Below are positions 52,179 through 64,000 of a stretch of DNA of 64,000 nucleotides, piece after piece (the first letter of the stretch is position 1; each line of letters begins with the position of its first letter). The notes beneath the pieces are model-generated. The model saw only the letters and a program-made list of their open reading frames with translations, made no database searches and had not been told where the DNA came from. Where the stretch lies: the NCBI GenBank assembly GCA_000320545.1, contig ADNK01001569.1, positions 1-64,000 of the forward strand, given 5' to 3'. Source of the DNA: Bigelowiella natans CCMP2755. Taxonomy: Eukaryota; Protista; Cercozoa. The translations under genes and the position numbers were made by a program.

Positions 52179-53116
52179 TTCTCCTGTAAGTCTGCTTGCG
52201 CGGATCATCCTATTGGACCAGTTATCAAGAAATGCCTTCCGTGGGGATTCACGTGCCTTCAAGGTAACCCCCTCCCTCTTTTCTCTCTCTACTCTCCAAA
52301 AGATCGTCATTTTCGTATGACACCCTCTTAATCTTCCGATAGTAGCTTCTTTACCTTAATTTAATGGTAGTGTTTGGATGGGGAGATGCGGGAGATTTGG
52401 TAGGGGTGTAATAGAAAATAGTAGATAATATAAATTCTAAGAAAGTATCAATAATAGCGAGAAGAAGGAAATAACCTTTTTGTGATCATTCTGGGATAAC
52501 GTTCCGCACTCATTATTCACTCATTGCAGTATGATGATCAAGCGGTGAGAGTATGCTTGGAAGCGTTTGATAAGGGTTTCATGGATGAGTATTCCCTTCC
52601 AGAACTCCAAGTGAGGAGATAATACATGTATAACGAACTTCTCAGAGTGACAGACGATAATGAATTGGGCAATTTCCAAAGAAGATATTGCAGTGAGCCT
52701 TTTTTGGATAATTCTTTCAGTTTGCGGTGATGCCCTTAATGCACTCGGAGAATATTGAACATCACGATTTACTCCAAAGAATACTCACTGCGCAGAGAGA
52801 GAGGATGAATGAAGACCTCAAGGTTCTGCTGACATTGGAATTTTGAGGTGTTTCATAAATGTATGCCTGAATTTTAGGGTGTAGTGGACTTCACTCTTGA
52901 CTTCGCCAGATCTCATACCGATGTGCTTAAACAGTTTGGTAGATATCCACACAGGTCAGTACCATGATTCTTGATATTCAGTCTAAAATAACTAATTGTA
53001 CCTAAACTTGGAAACCTTCGAAACTTAGAAATGGTGTCAAGAATCGAACTTCCACTGTCGAAGAACTTTCATGGCTTCAAGGGGAGAATGTTCCAGGATG
53101 GGCTAGAAGTCAATGA
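51108..53116 (+). CDS. DUF924-family protein with N-terminal R-rich organellar presequence; multi-exon
   Basis: VLKFWFG, LWWAGG..D, LARIILLDQLSRNAFRGDSRAF, FAVMPLMHSE, HTDVLKQFGRYPHRN..R.ST.EE..WL are hallmark DUF924 motifs. Stop TGA 53114-53116. Confidence 0.88.
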
Positions 53117-54038
53117 TGAATTAATTAAGAATCTTTAATAGATAAATATTATGTTATCCGTATTTGTATAAAACTGATGTTGAAAATCCTTCGTATACAT
53201 CTAGCTAGCTAGACATCCTTAGTCAGTGAATGTCATTCCATTAGCGCGCCATTCGCTTGCATTTCGATTCTATCTCAGGACAGCTAGCTAGCTAGCACAT
53301 GTGCAGATGAGCATAATAAATACCGTGCTAATTTAGTAATAATAAACATTTGAGCTACAGCACAGCCTAGACAGCTCATGTCATGCGGTTTTAAGCATGC
53401 AACTAGATGTGCCAGTGCCAGTGTGCACAGAACGCAAAAAAGTGATCAATGAATGTGGCAACTGCAAGCTAGCAAGTCTAGAAGTGTGCATTGATGCCAA
53501 ACTTGAACAAAGGTAACTCAGATGCCAATGAGTCATTGCAAGCAGTTCACAAAATTCCTGTGCTGAGGTAAGCAAAAACCTCTGCCATTAGAGCTGTGAG
53601 TAGCCTTCTCAAGAAAGCGATTGTTGGCCTACGAAGCATAAGATATGAGTTATCAATTTTTCAATAGGGAAGCGTGTTTGTAATTACCTCTAAGGGGACA
53701 ATTGAGGTATCCTTTTAAATATTTAAATCCAAACGAAGTTCCAAAAATCAAAATGCACTTATCAGGCATGTGCAAGGGATGTCCAGCCACCAGCACAAGT
53801 TCTTAATGTAGTTCCATATTAGCTAACATATAAATTAAAAGGTTTGTGGTTAGAAGTTCAATTGTGTCAGTCATACATGAAAGAAGCTTTTGTAAAGCAA
53901 TCCAACCATTCAAGTACCTCAGGTACCGATTAATCCTAATAATTGATTTACCTCATTTCGAAAGTCTATGTTTTACCTCAGTAAAATGGGGCTCAATTTC
54001 TCGCCTGCCTTGTGTTGTGGTAGTTCATATTTAAGATT

Positions 54039-54073
<35 letters not shown>

Positions 54074-54137
54074 TATATATATACCCCAATATTCTTAATT
54101 TGTAGTTTGAATTACTTTTCCCCTCAAACGACAAAAG

Positions 54138-56323
54138 ATTCGTGCAAGTAGAACTTCACGAGGCCGATTGGATGTTTATTACGACGGTTTAAAACTTTAT
54201 CTAACTTTTATTTCAACCAATCTTTAAATAAAATACTTTTTCCATATTTACTTAAGGCGCAATTCAAACATACGGTCATGACAAAGAAGGACTTCCACCA
54301 CAAGGAGTAGCATGGGTAGAGACAGGGAAAGAATATGCCTAACTTCGTAGTGTATTTGCACATTTATGACATACCTGTTTTTGGATATGTAAGAACGACA
54401 CATTTCTCCCAATGCACGAAGAGGCCTTTGCTCCACTCGTTCCAGGAAAATTTCTGAATGGGTGCATGAGATCCAAGACTCTCCTCGAAATATATACCAT
54501 CCATTAGAAGAAGTAATTATATCTCGTCATATTCGGACAGATGGCATCCCTACAAATTGGATGTTGAAATTATCCAAAGACAGTGCATGGCACGTGAGCA
54601 TATTCAGGTAATCACGAGGGACATATGATATATTTTAATCGATATAAAGTCTAAATTTGTTTTGCAAACAGATGTCCCTATTCACTGTCTTCGGCGATAT
54701 TTGTTCGGGTACTTTGTACTTTTAAATGAGGAAAATTATGCTAATCGATATAATAAATAATAGGAATGGATGATGTAGTCCTTCGCTACGCGACAGCAGT
54801 AAAAACAAGATACGATGCAGTTATGACTCGTTGGTCAAACAAACTTGTTCTTTTTTGAAAATGAAGTATCTGTGTAGGTTCTTGTTATGCCTGGAAGTTC
54901 TGTTCAAGCTGTGAAAGTAACTGATAGTATTCCAAAGGGAACCCAGTATATTACTCAGCAGTTTTTTTTCTAGAATCACTTGATCGATCTGGCATATTCT
55001 CTTCGAATGTGGAAGGATATTACCACATTACCATCTCATAGACAACGATTGAGGTTGGAGAACATATACGTAGCAAATTATGAATGAAGCTCGCCTGCTT
55101 CTAATAACATCTCTGGGGAAGCTTTGAACCCTGTTGTTTTAGGTTATTTTATGAGGAGCTACTTGTCCACTATCCAAAGGTGTTGATTGTTGTTCTTTCT
55201 CTTAATCGCACAATCGAGCCTCTGGAAGCTATAGCACCTCCGGTGATAACAAATAGTAGTACCTAGTGCTCAGAGTCAGTATTATTGACTAGCCGTTAAT
55301 TTTGTAATATTTCCACATCTGCAAGGGTGAAGTGCCCCCCGATTGCTTCGTGCACATCGTAGTATCATCAAGTATCCCTCTTCATCCAGGTATATTTCAT
55401 TTTACTAGAATAAAGTAAGAGTATCTATATTGATTGCATATTTGCCACTAACATTCAGACATGTTACCACTGATAGCAAGGATTGGGGAACATACGATTA
55501 CTGTAAACGTTCTATTTGCTAAATGAAAGACTCAAACTAATAATAAACAATAATAGGGTTATCGTCCGGCACAATCTATGAGGGTTAGTATAAGTTTCAT
55601 AACAATATCACGACTGTATGCGTCTAACCCCTAACTTTAAGCATGAAATGCTTCAGATTTTGAGAGAGTTGCCGTACGACTTCAAAAAGGTATATGGTTC
55701 GGACTTACTAATCAATGATAAAATGGTTGATATTGTCTATGTACGTTTTTGTAAGGATGATGTATTTATTGCATTCGATGCAAAGCGCAAAGAAAACCCG
55801 CCCCCAAATCACGAGTAAAATCCAGCGCTTTAGTGTTGTACAGAGTCTTATTAAAGTTTCCAAAAATACAGGATAGTAGTTGAAAAACTCAGCGTACTAT
55901 TGGAAGGTGATTTTCCGTGAGAATCCAAGATTTCCACGATTAAATATAAATATTCACTATGTGCTCAGGAAATGCTGTGGCAATGCATATAGCTTGTAAC
56001 TTTGTCTCCACCGGTGCAGACAAAGGAAATATCACAATATTTGAGTAAGCTTCGCAATTAATTTCTATACGACACCAATTTCCTTACGTTCTACTGCTTT
56101 CTAGGTATGTTCAAAATCTTGAAGATTCTATAAACCGTTTGGAGGCTGCCAGAAAGGTTCTATTTTTTTTTCGGTTTCATTTATTAATAAAAAAACTATT
56201 TAACTGATTATTTGCTGCTTCCATTCATAAATTATGGTATCTGAAGGATTCTCAACCTCTTTCGCCTGTGTTCATCGTCGTAGCAGATGCGGTAAATACT
56301 TCGATGCATTAAGTACATTGCAC

Positions 56324-56377
<54 letters not shown>

Positions 56378-59300
56378 TTGCATATTGATTCCTCCCCCTC
56401 GATATGAAGGTTCGAGCAATAAGCCGCCATCGTGCCCCGACCCTGATTCTTTCAATTATGGCGTAAAGCAATATTTTCTTGTTAAGTTACGAGGACATAT
56501 CATTGATTATGTTCAATTTTCAGATATGTTGATCCAAGCGGCATCGAGGTATCTAAGAACAAAAGCATTTTCAGCTAGCCTTGACACACTAATACAATTC
56601 ACAAACTATGGTTGCTAAGAAAAATACAAATTTTATAAGATTCAGTTACTAGCGTTGCTGATGAATTCTGTGGACACCCATCTGAGGAATAAGTGATATA
56701 AACCGTAAATACAGAAATGTAGTTTTAGATCAAATGAATCAACTTTTGAAGGTTCACACCAGCGCTCGAGTTCCTTCTTTCAGTGGGTCTCATCTCGAAG
56801 TCGGCAAATCTGAACAGCGTAAGAGCATAAATTTAAAATGCGATTTAGTCTGAAATAGCTTCTAATTATCTACTAATTCTTATATATATACTTCTACTCC
56901 TACATTTTCAACAGGTCATTATTCATACCGAGGTACAAATGGTCTTGCGCGCACTTCTAGTAGCGGAACGAAGGTAAAGTCCTACATCATATCCACAACA
57001 GCACTCATTTTATAAATAAATAGATATCAAGGGAATGAAGGTGGGACAGCTTCAAATGCAGAAGCAACTGTGTTTGAACACACCGGGGACATTTTGGGTG
57101 CACTCATAAAGGTTTCAAGTTCAGGTGATTCATTCTCGTACTCTAAAGCAAGTTATGATAGGTATTCGCTCGGCTGTTCAAATATATTCCGGGAGACGTA
57201 CGTGCAGATAGGAGAGACAGAATTGGTTCGCAATCAATACCTTTAACTAATGGTCCAACCGTATAAATATACATCTAAATGCTAGTATTGAAAACAACCC
57301 AAGAGCTCCAACATTATCATTTAGAATATAAAATTTGAGGAAAATCTGATATATTCCTTAGCTCATCTTCACGTAGAATCCGTTTGCCTTCATGCAATTC
57401 AAGTAAAGAGCGAAATACAATTTATTTCCTATTATTAACAATAGTAACCTAATATTCACCTGCCAGGCTTCTTCTCGGCTACCCAGAAACATAAGAGAGA
57501 GGTACATATCTTTTTAAAAAAAGCATCAGAAAAATATTTCTACGTTTTTATTTAATTTAGTTCGTTAATTCTGATCTGTCGAGCGATTGAGTTCACCAAT
57601 AATATATTGAGACAAAGGTAATAGAAATTTATTGCTAAGATACCTTGTGGCATGCATATATATTAATTTTCGAGTTTTTATAATTTTAATTCTAATGTTT
57701 TACCTTATCGTTGTTTTAAAGAGAAGAGGCTAGGAAGCTTGCTGTAGAGATCAACCGATACTCGGAGAACCAAGTCATATTCAAAGAAGGTGACTAGTAG
57801 ATATTTTTAAAAACTGTACTTGTCTTAATTACTTATCTAAAATGTGCCGATGGAATTTACCGCTGCCTATCTGCATGAAGCGAGTGTGATTAGGAAAGAG
57901 GGAAAGCAAGGTATGTGTCAATATTTCTTGGATTGCATTTTTGCTGTGTCTTCGATTTCCCACGCATAAACCCTGATTTCCACTATCAGATGAATATTTG
58001 CCGGAGGTTAACAATAGAGTTGGTATTATCACACAAAGTCACTGGGAAATAGAGCAATAAATGCAAAATGTTTCACAATGTTACAGGTGTATTGGTGCGA
58101 ATGCATTGCGAACTTACGTTGGCCAGGTGGTGCTTATAGTGTCTCACATTCGACCTGTATATTAATACAACATACCAATACTTATAGATGTGACTTAGCG
58201 CTCGGACACACATCTAAGGCAATAGAAGGGTATTCTTTATCTATCGAGGATCCATATACGAAAAACTTAATGAATTTGTTATATAAACATTACTTTTTCC
58301 AAGATTTCAGACTATTATAACCGGTTTGGAGAAGGCGAAGTCTGTTGCAGTTGAACAGGTCTAACCTTTATTTAGCGTAAAATCACATGTGGTTTGTAAA
58401 CTTTTCGTAGAAATGGTGTTATGCACATTTGTCACGTGTTATTTTCATTAGGCTGGCTTCAACAACAGGGAACACAAGAATTCTATACCCCCTCAAAGTA
58501 TGATGTTAATAACTAATTGTGATCATTCCCGATTCATAGTTCATTGGCCTTCAGGTGGGATACTTTCTTCAATGTCAACAACTGAAATGGGCACATCGGG
58601 TTCAAACATCTATCTAAACCCCTGAATAAATGCTGGTGAAATGAAACATATGATAAATTTAGGTCTAACTAAAGGAACTGGAAGATCAGGAAGACATACA
58701 GATGTAAATTTCTTGATAACCTATCATTATACATGTGGTGATTCCTATGATTGGACTAGGGTACGACAGGGACTCAAACGTTCAGTGATAAGAAAACCTA
58801 CAAAGGTGGTACACGATCTTGGAAGATAATTTTTGATAAGGACATTTTTAAAAATTAACTTAGAACTCAAACGGATGAGGAGTGCTGATCCTGCCGGTAT
58901 TACTCTATTCAAAGCTTAAATACCCTCTTTCACAATTGATATCTTTTTGGAATTCTTAGCGGTCTCTAATCCCGATCTACCCGGTTCTGCTACATCTCTT
59001 AAATAAGAGATATTAAAAGGTTTTATTTCCTTTAAGAGAATGATTATATGTCAACTCATATTATTCAAACAATTAGCTACGATAACCTAAAGCAAAGTGA
59101 TGGAGGTACAATCAAACTATCGAATAAAAAATTGGATTTATTCAATGTGAAATGTTGTACAAATTTCTAAGGTTTCACTCAACTCACAACGTCCGGTAAA
59201 ATATCAAGAAAGAGAATCAGATTACGAGTGTTAATGCGATGCTATCTTGCATTGGATTTGGAAACAGGGATCGAAAGCAATCCTACAGGCTCAATGTCAG

Positions 59301-62300
59301 ACATCCCGAAACATGGTGTGGTGGAGGTACAGGCCTATCGTATTACGAATTTCAAAGAGTTTAATGATGCACAAACAGAATATCAAGGAACAAAACATGA
59401 AAACTTCAGCGGGAACCCAATCAACATATTCAGGGGGGGAAAGAAAGCATCGGTCTTCAAATACAGTTTAATATTGTCCTATTTGGCTTATAAATTTATA
59501 TACTATTAGGCTTGCTTCACTATCAAGCTCCTTTCCCACTTACGATGTGAGAGCGCTCCGATTTCTCAACTAGTTTTGTTGTTTATCACAGCATTATTTG
59601 ACTCAGGATTTCAAAACTAAATCTTCAAGTTCCCGATACTGGGAACTCCCACCTCTAGCTGAAGTATCAAATTATGTTTCATTAAGAATAGTATGTAAAC
59701 AGCTACCAAGACTATCAGATAGTTTGAATCCATTTCTTATGCATATCAGGGACTTTGGGTTATGGCCCATACTGGGTTGTCGAGGGCTCATTTGGTTTTT
59801 ATCAACTGTAGATATTCCTAATATGAATTTTAAAACATCTCTGGTGTGTATATAAGATTTGTGAACAAGTGGATAAGGCAAAAGAAAATATTATAGCCGC
59901 TTTGGAGGCGCTCGACCTAGGTTTGTTGTCCACATCGCCTTGTTTTTCTAAATCTAATGCCAGCAACGAGGGTTCATAATATTTTTCATGGTTGTAAAAG
60001 GCTGGATTCGGGACCCAAAGGACGTGTTTTGGAAAAGTGAAGGTTGAAGTTATTAATTGCAAAGTCAATATAATTAGAAAAAATTTTTTTGGATGAATTA
60101 CAGGTCGTCCTCTTGCTCTAGCAGACCTCAGGTTGTACGATAGCAGCATTTTCTGAGGGAGTTTGATTATTTCTTTACATGTCCATAAAAAGAGAAAATT
60201 TGGGCATCATTCAAAGACGATTGGGAAACAATAGAGCTGCAAAGAATGCTTTGGTTGATAATTTAATTTTGGACTAAATGTACAACTTACATTGAGAATA
60301 GTAACAACCAAATAGGTTTCATCACTTTGCACTCGTTATGCTCGGGGTGGTGGTATAGCAAATTTTACCATAAATTATGCAGATGTGGTATGATCGTGTT
60401 TTAACCTTTCTTACAGGCACGGGAGAGATATGGAAGGATGTGTCCGAGAAGCTTAGCCCTTTGATTCCAGATTACCAAACGAAAGACTTCAAGAAAGGGA
60501 TGTTACCTGGAATATCTTGGGTAAGTGGATTCAACTTCCGTAGTTTTGCATTACTACGAAAGCAGCAACACCATACATCTTCAAACAGTATTCTGCATGT
60601 ATTACTTATGTTAGTGTTAACTTAGAATAAATCTGATTAAAATGATAACACAACGAATCGGTTTGATAGGTACGTGCTGGGCTGGGGAGAACATGCAACA
60701 ATCTAGGTGTTGCCCTTGCAAAGGTTGAATCAAATAGTAATAGCAGACTGAGTCTATAATCTAATTTTGGACATTATTTTCTAGTCTATAATCTAAGTTT
60801 GGTCATTATTTTGTTCACGATCAACTTCAGTTAAACCGACCAATGGCAGCTGGTCATGCCTTTGAAGCCGCATATGGGATCATGGTAACAATGAAAAGTT
60901 ACACCTATACTTTGATCACGTGCTGCACTTTCGTAGGCACTTATACACGGTGCAGGAAGCCCGGAGGTCAGCAATGTCATTGCGGTCATGCCACAGGATA
61001 CTCTTTTTCACGTATGTATATTTCAGGTTGCAACAGTACTTTTAAATTGGGCTGTAGTGTTGGAAAAAAGGGTAGTAAACTTAAATCTGTCATAAAAATC
61101 CTATGCTAATATCTTATTTCTAGGGCGCATTGCGCGGCAGCATTGAAGGAGTTCTGACCTCCCTCACAGCACGGAGGTAACTATTAAATGATACATATTA
61201 ATTTTAAGGTAAATATAGTTTGAATTAACATGTCTCTGTTTTTCAGACGTTTGTACGGAGACCGCAGCATCCTGGTCTCAGAAGCCAAGAATAATTTAGG
61301 TAAGATGTAATATATACATCTATTACAAATTTACATATATTTATACTTTATACCTTCATGCATGCTGATGTAGTGAATATATCTTTATATCAAATTTAAA
61401 GGAATTAATCTTTGGAAACTCGGTGCTGGGGATACAGGTAAATAGATATAGGCATCATCATTTCTTACGCGTAAGTACGTTGAGTTTTATGAACTACTGG
61501 AACTTTATGGTCACAGTTAGATTATACGTACAACGAGAAGAGACACGTTATTTTGTAGTTTACACAAGTATCCAATTTTTCTTTAGGTTTAAAAGCAGCC
61601 GAAAAAGAGTTGGTTGATGCATTATTTGTGAAGACGCAGGTTAAAATCGTGTATGTGTAATGATAGTGTCACTTATATGGATTTAAAAATATTTAGTCTC
61701 ATGACGAAAATTTACCCTCGATCCTGATCGCAAATTCAAGTACCAATTTGGGTCTGGTTAGAACGAGTCTCGGTATTGTATGAATAATCTAATGTTATAT
61801 AGTGGTCAATTAAACTGAGGCGTCTGTCCAGGTAAATATGAGGAAGCAGTAGCAAATTTCGAGAAGGTTATTTCAGAAGATGCAGATTTTAGTTCATTTA
61901 CTCACCGGTTCCACACGAATTTACGACTTAAGGCCTCGGGACATTACAAACTACTGTTGGGAAATGAGTCAACCGAAATTGGAGACGTATGGACTTGTTC
62001 AAACTCTCTGCGAAATTTCATATTTTGCTCTTGCTTTGGGTATTAAGTAAATAAACCATTTTTCACAGGTGGAGCAGAATCTCGGTCACACCAAATTTGA
62101 GATGGCTAAATACAATGATGCAGATGTACATCTAAGAGAGGCTTTGAGAATTCGTCAAAAGGTCATTTGATCTGAATCATATTCGAATGTCATTAACCTT
62201 TGTAGATCCTGTGCATGTGTGGTGATCATTTTTACTTTGTGTTTAGACCGGAAACTGCCAGAAAATAAGGGCATCTGAAGATGCCTTACGTGCCAATACA

Positions 62301-62333
62301 AATCTAATGGGATCCGGTTGCAACTTAATGTAA
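54138..62333 (+). CDS. Very large, highly fragmented gene: possible NHR/SPRY-like N-terminus, degenerate STAND/NB-ARC-like domain, TPR array, C-terminal CaaX (CNLM); 5' end may extend to ~53450
   Basis: TPRs (KLC/NPHP3-like spacing): ENLGIIQRRLGNNRAA, GRTCNNLGVALAKLNRPMAA..HGAGSPEVATVLLNWAVV, SEAKNNLGINLWKLG, ANSSTNLGLVRTSLGKYEEAVANFEKA, VEQNLGHTKFEMAKYNDADVHLREALRIR. Last exon ...GSGCNLM* (TAA 62331-62333). NB-ARC-like segment KLSVLLEGNAVAMHIACNFV. Splicing near 58900-59080 is unresolved, so this could be two genes. Confidence 0.65.
60751..60814. repeat. 32-bp near-perfect tandem duplication in an intron
   Basis: AGTCTATAATCTAATTTTGGACATTATTTTCT followed by AGTCTATAATCTAAGTTTGGTCATTATTTTGT. 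Confidence 0.85.
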
Positions 62334-62479
62334 TGTGGTTGTGCAAATTTGCATGCACCTTGATGCACAGATCTGCATTTTGACATCATCGGATGTGTAT
62401 CGATTGCTTCATCCAGCGAATAGCACATTGACAACCATAGTTAATCCTCACTTTAGCACTTCCTCTGTAATTGTTAGAG

Positions 62480-62900
62480 CCACAGCTAGATAGCGCTAAA
62501 CTTACCCGCATCATGCTAGCATGCTCTGCATCGTCCATTTGTCATCACGATGAAATCGCATTTGCTTGAGGGCACATCTAGACATGGCTCTCTCTCTTTC
62601 TCTCTCTCTCTCTCTAGCTCTGGCTCTAGAGTTCTGCGACATCCAAACCCTGATCACCGTCATGTTGTGGTGCATGCCATCTAGCCATGCTAGCATGCTA
62701 GCTTGCAGTGATCAATGTAGTTGGTCGGAGCTCTACCTAGCTAGCTAGAGTAGCACCACTCTAGCTAGCTAGCTAGCTAGCTATCAATCTGCAATACACG
62801 CGCATCATTTGCAATAAGCTAGTAAGCATGCTAGCATGCTAGCATGTTCGATGTTGCATGTCTAGCGCAATCTAGCAATGGTCTCCAGCAATGGACTAAA
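62480..62900. repeat. CTAG/GCATGC palindrome-rich convergent intergenic element
   Basis: 15-bp stem CTAGCTAGCTAGAGT-agcacc-ACTCTAGCTAGCTAG at 62737-62772. CATGCTAGCATGC occurs at ~62512, ~62686 and ~62828. Confidence 0.75.
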
Positions 62901-62987
62901 TGGAGCTAGCAAATTATGCATCTTCCACCTGTTGCTTTTAGTACTGTGTGCAAAGTATGAAGGGTGTAAACCTTCCTTTCTAGATAG

Positions 62988-64000
62988 CTAGTGCATGTTC
63001 TGTGTCAGCTGTTCTTTCTCAATTAGTTTCTCTGATGAATAAAGACAATATGAGTGATAATAGGCAGCTAGGTTACAATTATACGTCATAGGAGAAAAGT
63101 AATTAACCTAGCTCAGGTAGGGTTGCATTTGAGATATGAAGACGCCTAAGCTCAATGTTGAAATGTTGTGCAATTTCATTCAGTCGTTCCTCGTCTCTCC
63201 TATATATTGGAATATTCGTGTTTTTATCCTTTCGAGCATGCATGTCATGATTCTAAGTAGCTGTGGTAAGAAATGCTGTATGCGAATAACCGAAAATAGC
63301 AAAAATTCTATCTTATTTATTAGGTTGATTGGGAATGTAGTTGTATGGATGACGGCGTTACATATCGTTCATTTTATACTGACAATATGCTTGCGTGAGT
63401 ACTGTTAAAAAACAATAACGCATTGTTGGTGGTACCGTCCGTAAAGGAAGTTAATAGCGATGCCCTGCCTTTTAAACCGGCCACTAATCAATTACCATAA
63501 GCAACACACCGATTATCATGTTGTCATGATCATCATCGTGTAGTAACATTGCCTCTACTTTCTGAACATTATTTCTCACTATTACCTTCGTCCCACACGG
63601 TGTAAGTATTCATCAGCTGCAGCTTTTCTATTATCGCCAAGCACAACAGGAATCTCGTAATTGACCACAAAATTCGTCGTCACAACATCAACTCCACGCG
63701 CAAGCACATCCGTTGTAATCAAAACGGTCGTCTCTTTGTCGCAGAATTGCTGGAATCGCCTGATTTTTGATGACGTCAGATAATGTATCAGTTTATCACC
63801 CTTCCTACTACCTATCTCGTTCCTCAGGTCCGAGAGGGCCATATAGCTCAGTCACCTTACATCATATCATTCCGCGTGGAAACAGCAATTGTTATCACAC
63901 AAAAATATTAACTTCTCTGTCATCTAATCATCGGTCATAAGTCAAATAACTAATATCATCCATTAGTCAGTGGTACATCGTGGCCGTCGTCTTTTAGACG
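62988..64000 (-). CDS. DEAD-box RNA helicase, DBP5/DDX19-like (C-terminal half; 5' part outside window)
   Basis: VLITTDVLARGVD (motif V), VVNYEIP, YLHRVGRSGRFKRQGIAINF (motif VI across an intron), LNEIAQHFNIEL. Ends ...TQNMH* (62988). Confidence 0.85.

Noticed and set aside
58950-59080. Stops in all three frames suggesting a pseudogene or stop-codon reassignment
   Set aside because: All well-resolved genes use standard stops, and alternative short-exon splicing can restore the frame. Without RNA data neither pseudogene nor recoding is supportable.

Overview
Eukaryotic nuclear DNA that is gene-dense and very intron-rich, with GT-AG introns often filled with (GT/CA)n, (CT/GA)n, (AT)n, (TAG)n and (CAT)n microsatellites. 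The style, plus one bipartite signal+transit presequence, suggests a secondary-plastid alga such as a chlorarachniophyte (inference only). By splicing exons by hand I find about 15 protein genes. In order: a PDI-like/FKBP fusion ending in KDEL (+, 5'-partial); a GABA-B-like class C GPCR (-); a TBC1D8/9-N-terminal-like 2-TM protein (+); an Amt ammonium transporter (-); a myristoylated PH-3xcNMP-RGS protein (+); an EI24/CysZ-like membrane protein (-); a putatively plastid-targeted family-16 methyltransferase (+); an STI1-thioredoxin-PUL protein (-); a PH-like/WW/PUB-like/STE20 kinase (+); a TLC-domain protein (-); a PTPMT1-like phosphatase (+); a mitochondrial citrate carrier (-); a DUF924 protein (+); a very large degenerate STAND/NB-ARC-TPR protein ending in CaaX (+); and a DBP5-like DEAD-box helicase (-, 5'-partial). 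The most striking higher-order pattern is near-perfect strand alternation, with every 3' intergenic region loaded with CTAG/GCTAGC/GCATGC palindromes. Most ORFs in the supplied track are artefacts of microsatellites or introns. Gene models are manual, and some 5' ends and micro-exons are uncertain. No rRNA, tRNA, CRISPR array or transposon could be supported.
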